A DNA stretch of 64,000 nt from Candidatus Obscuribacteraceae bacterium (GTDB lineage: Bacteria; Cyanobacteriota; Vampirovibrionia; Obscuribacterales; Obscuribacteraceae). The notes under the pieces were generated by a model, which did not search any database, was not told the DNA's origin, and was given only the letters and a program-made list of their open reading frames with translations. This document shows, piece by piece, positions 63,787 through 64,000 of this stretch. The position numbers and the translations under genes are program-made. The stretch is from the NCBI GenBank assembly GCA_044226015.1, contig JBGAHS010000002.1:39029-103028 (forward strand), written 5' to 3'. How positions within the stretch are numbered: position 1 is the stretch's first letter; each line of letters begins with the position of its first letter.

Positions 63787-64000
63787 GGGTGGGCAAACCA
63801 ACATAAATTTCTCCATCTCTTACTTCAACACTGTAAGCGCAAACGCTTCCAACTGCAGGCAAGCAGAGCGCTTTTCCAGTAGTCACATCAAACTTAGCAC
63901 CATGTCGAGGACACTCGATTTCACCGTCTGAGAATTCACCATCTCCAAGGGGTCCATCATCATGCGTACATCGATCATCAATAGCGTGGACTTGTCCTTC
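63773..64000 (-). CDS. Rieske [2Fe-2S] ferredoxin-like protein (partial, start outside window)
   Basis: The reverse-strand translation reads ...VHAIDDRCTHDDGPLGDGEFSDGEIECPRHGAKFDVTTGKALCLPAVGSVCAYSVEVRDGEIYVGLPTHGKS then stop. It has CxH...CxxH Rieske ligands. It overlaps the sufS start by 14 nt. It is not in the ORF track because its N-terminus is outside the window. Confidence 0.7.
   Translation of the reverse strand, partial: EGQVHAIDDRCTHDDGPLGDGEFSDGEIECPRHGAKFDVTTGKALCLPAVGSVCAYSVEVRDGEIYVGLPTHGKS

Noticed and set aside
63351-63882. 125-aa minus-strand and 156-aa plus-strand ORFs overlapping sufS
   Set aside because: They are alternative or antisense frames of a gene with unambiguous SufS motifs.
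1-64000. Looked for mobile elements, prophage remnants, defence islands, rRNA/tRNA genes and long dispersed repeats
   Set aside because: No transposase, integrase, recombinase, reverse transcriptase, nuclease-ATPase defence modules, terminal inverted repeats or cloverleaf-like sequences were recognised by eye. A tRNA and ncRNA covariance scan was not possible here.

Overview
This is a dense chromosomal segment coded on both strands, with about 60 protein-coding genes and intermediate GC by eye. It probably comes from a diderm bacterium, judging by lipoprotein and Sec signals and TonB-C-like modules. The taxon cannot be assigned from sequence alone. I recognised no rRNA, tRNA, CRISPR array, transposase, integrase or phage genes, so it does not look like a mobile island.

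Recognisable housekeeping genes:
- hemE-hemY
- ppx/gppA
- a korA-korB 2-oxoacid:ferredoxin oxidoreductase operon
- a class I/II aminotransferase
- guanine deaminase and hpt
- topoisomerase III
- the distal part of a SUF operon (Rieske protein, sufS, sufU, DUF59)

The rest is rich in:
- secreted and envelope proteins: TPR, Sel1, two matrixin-like metzincins, LysM, GH73, a periplasmic thioredoxin, alpha/beta hydrolases
- small signalling modules: an orphan response regulator, a stand-alone PAS protein, FIST, and a double MshEN-TPR protein

Best candidates for undescribed biology, in my order:
1. A translationally coupled eight-gene operon at 17993-26079, built around a GH3 acyl-acid amido synthetase. 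It also encodes an enolase-superfamily epimerase, three SDRs, an Mpo1/DUF962 protein, a Cys-elbow alpha/beta hydrolase and a Cys-cluster secreted protein.
2. A BNR beta-propeller / MoaD-like diglycine carrier / MoeB-rhodanese operon at 51824-54357, with no known client pathway nearby.
3. A protein with two complete MshEN-type c-di-GMP-binding motif pairs fused to TPRs at 46595-48274.
4. GGATCC-core repeats bracketing an orphan response regulator whose output domain looks truncated.

All functional calls come from motif recognition by eye on the supplied translations. No database search or computation was run, and start codons are often uncertain.
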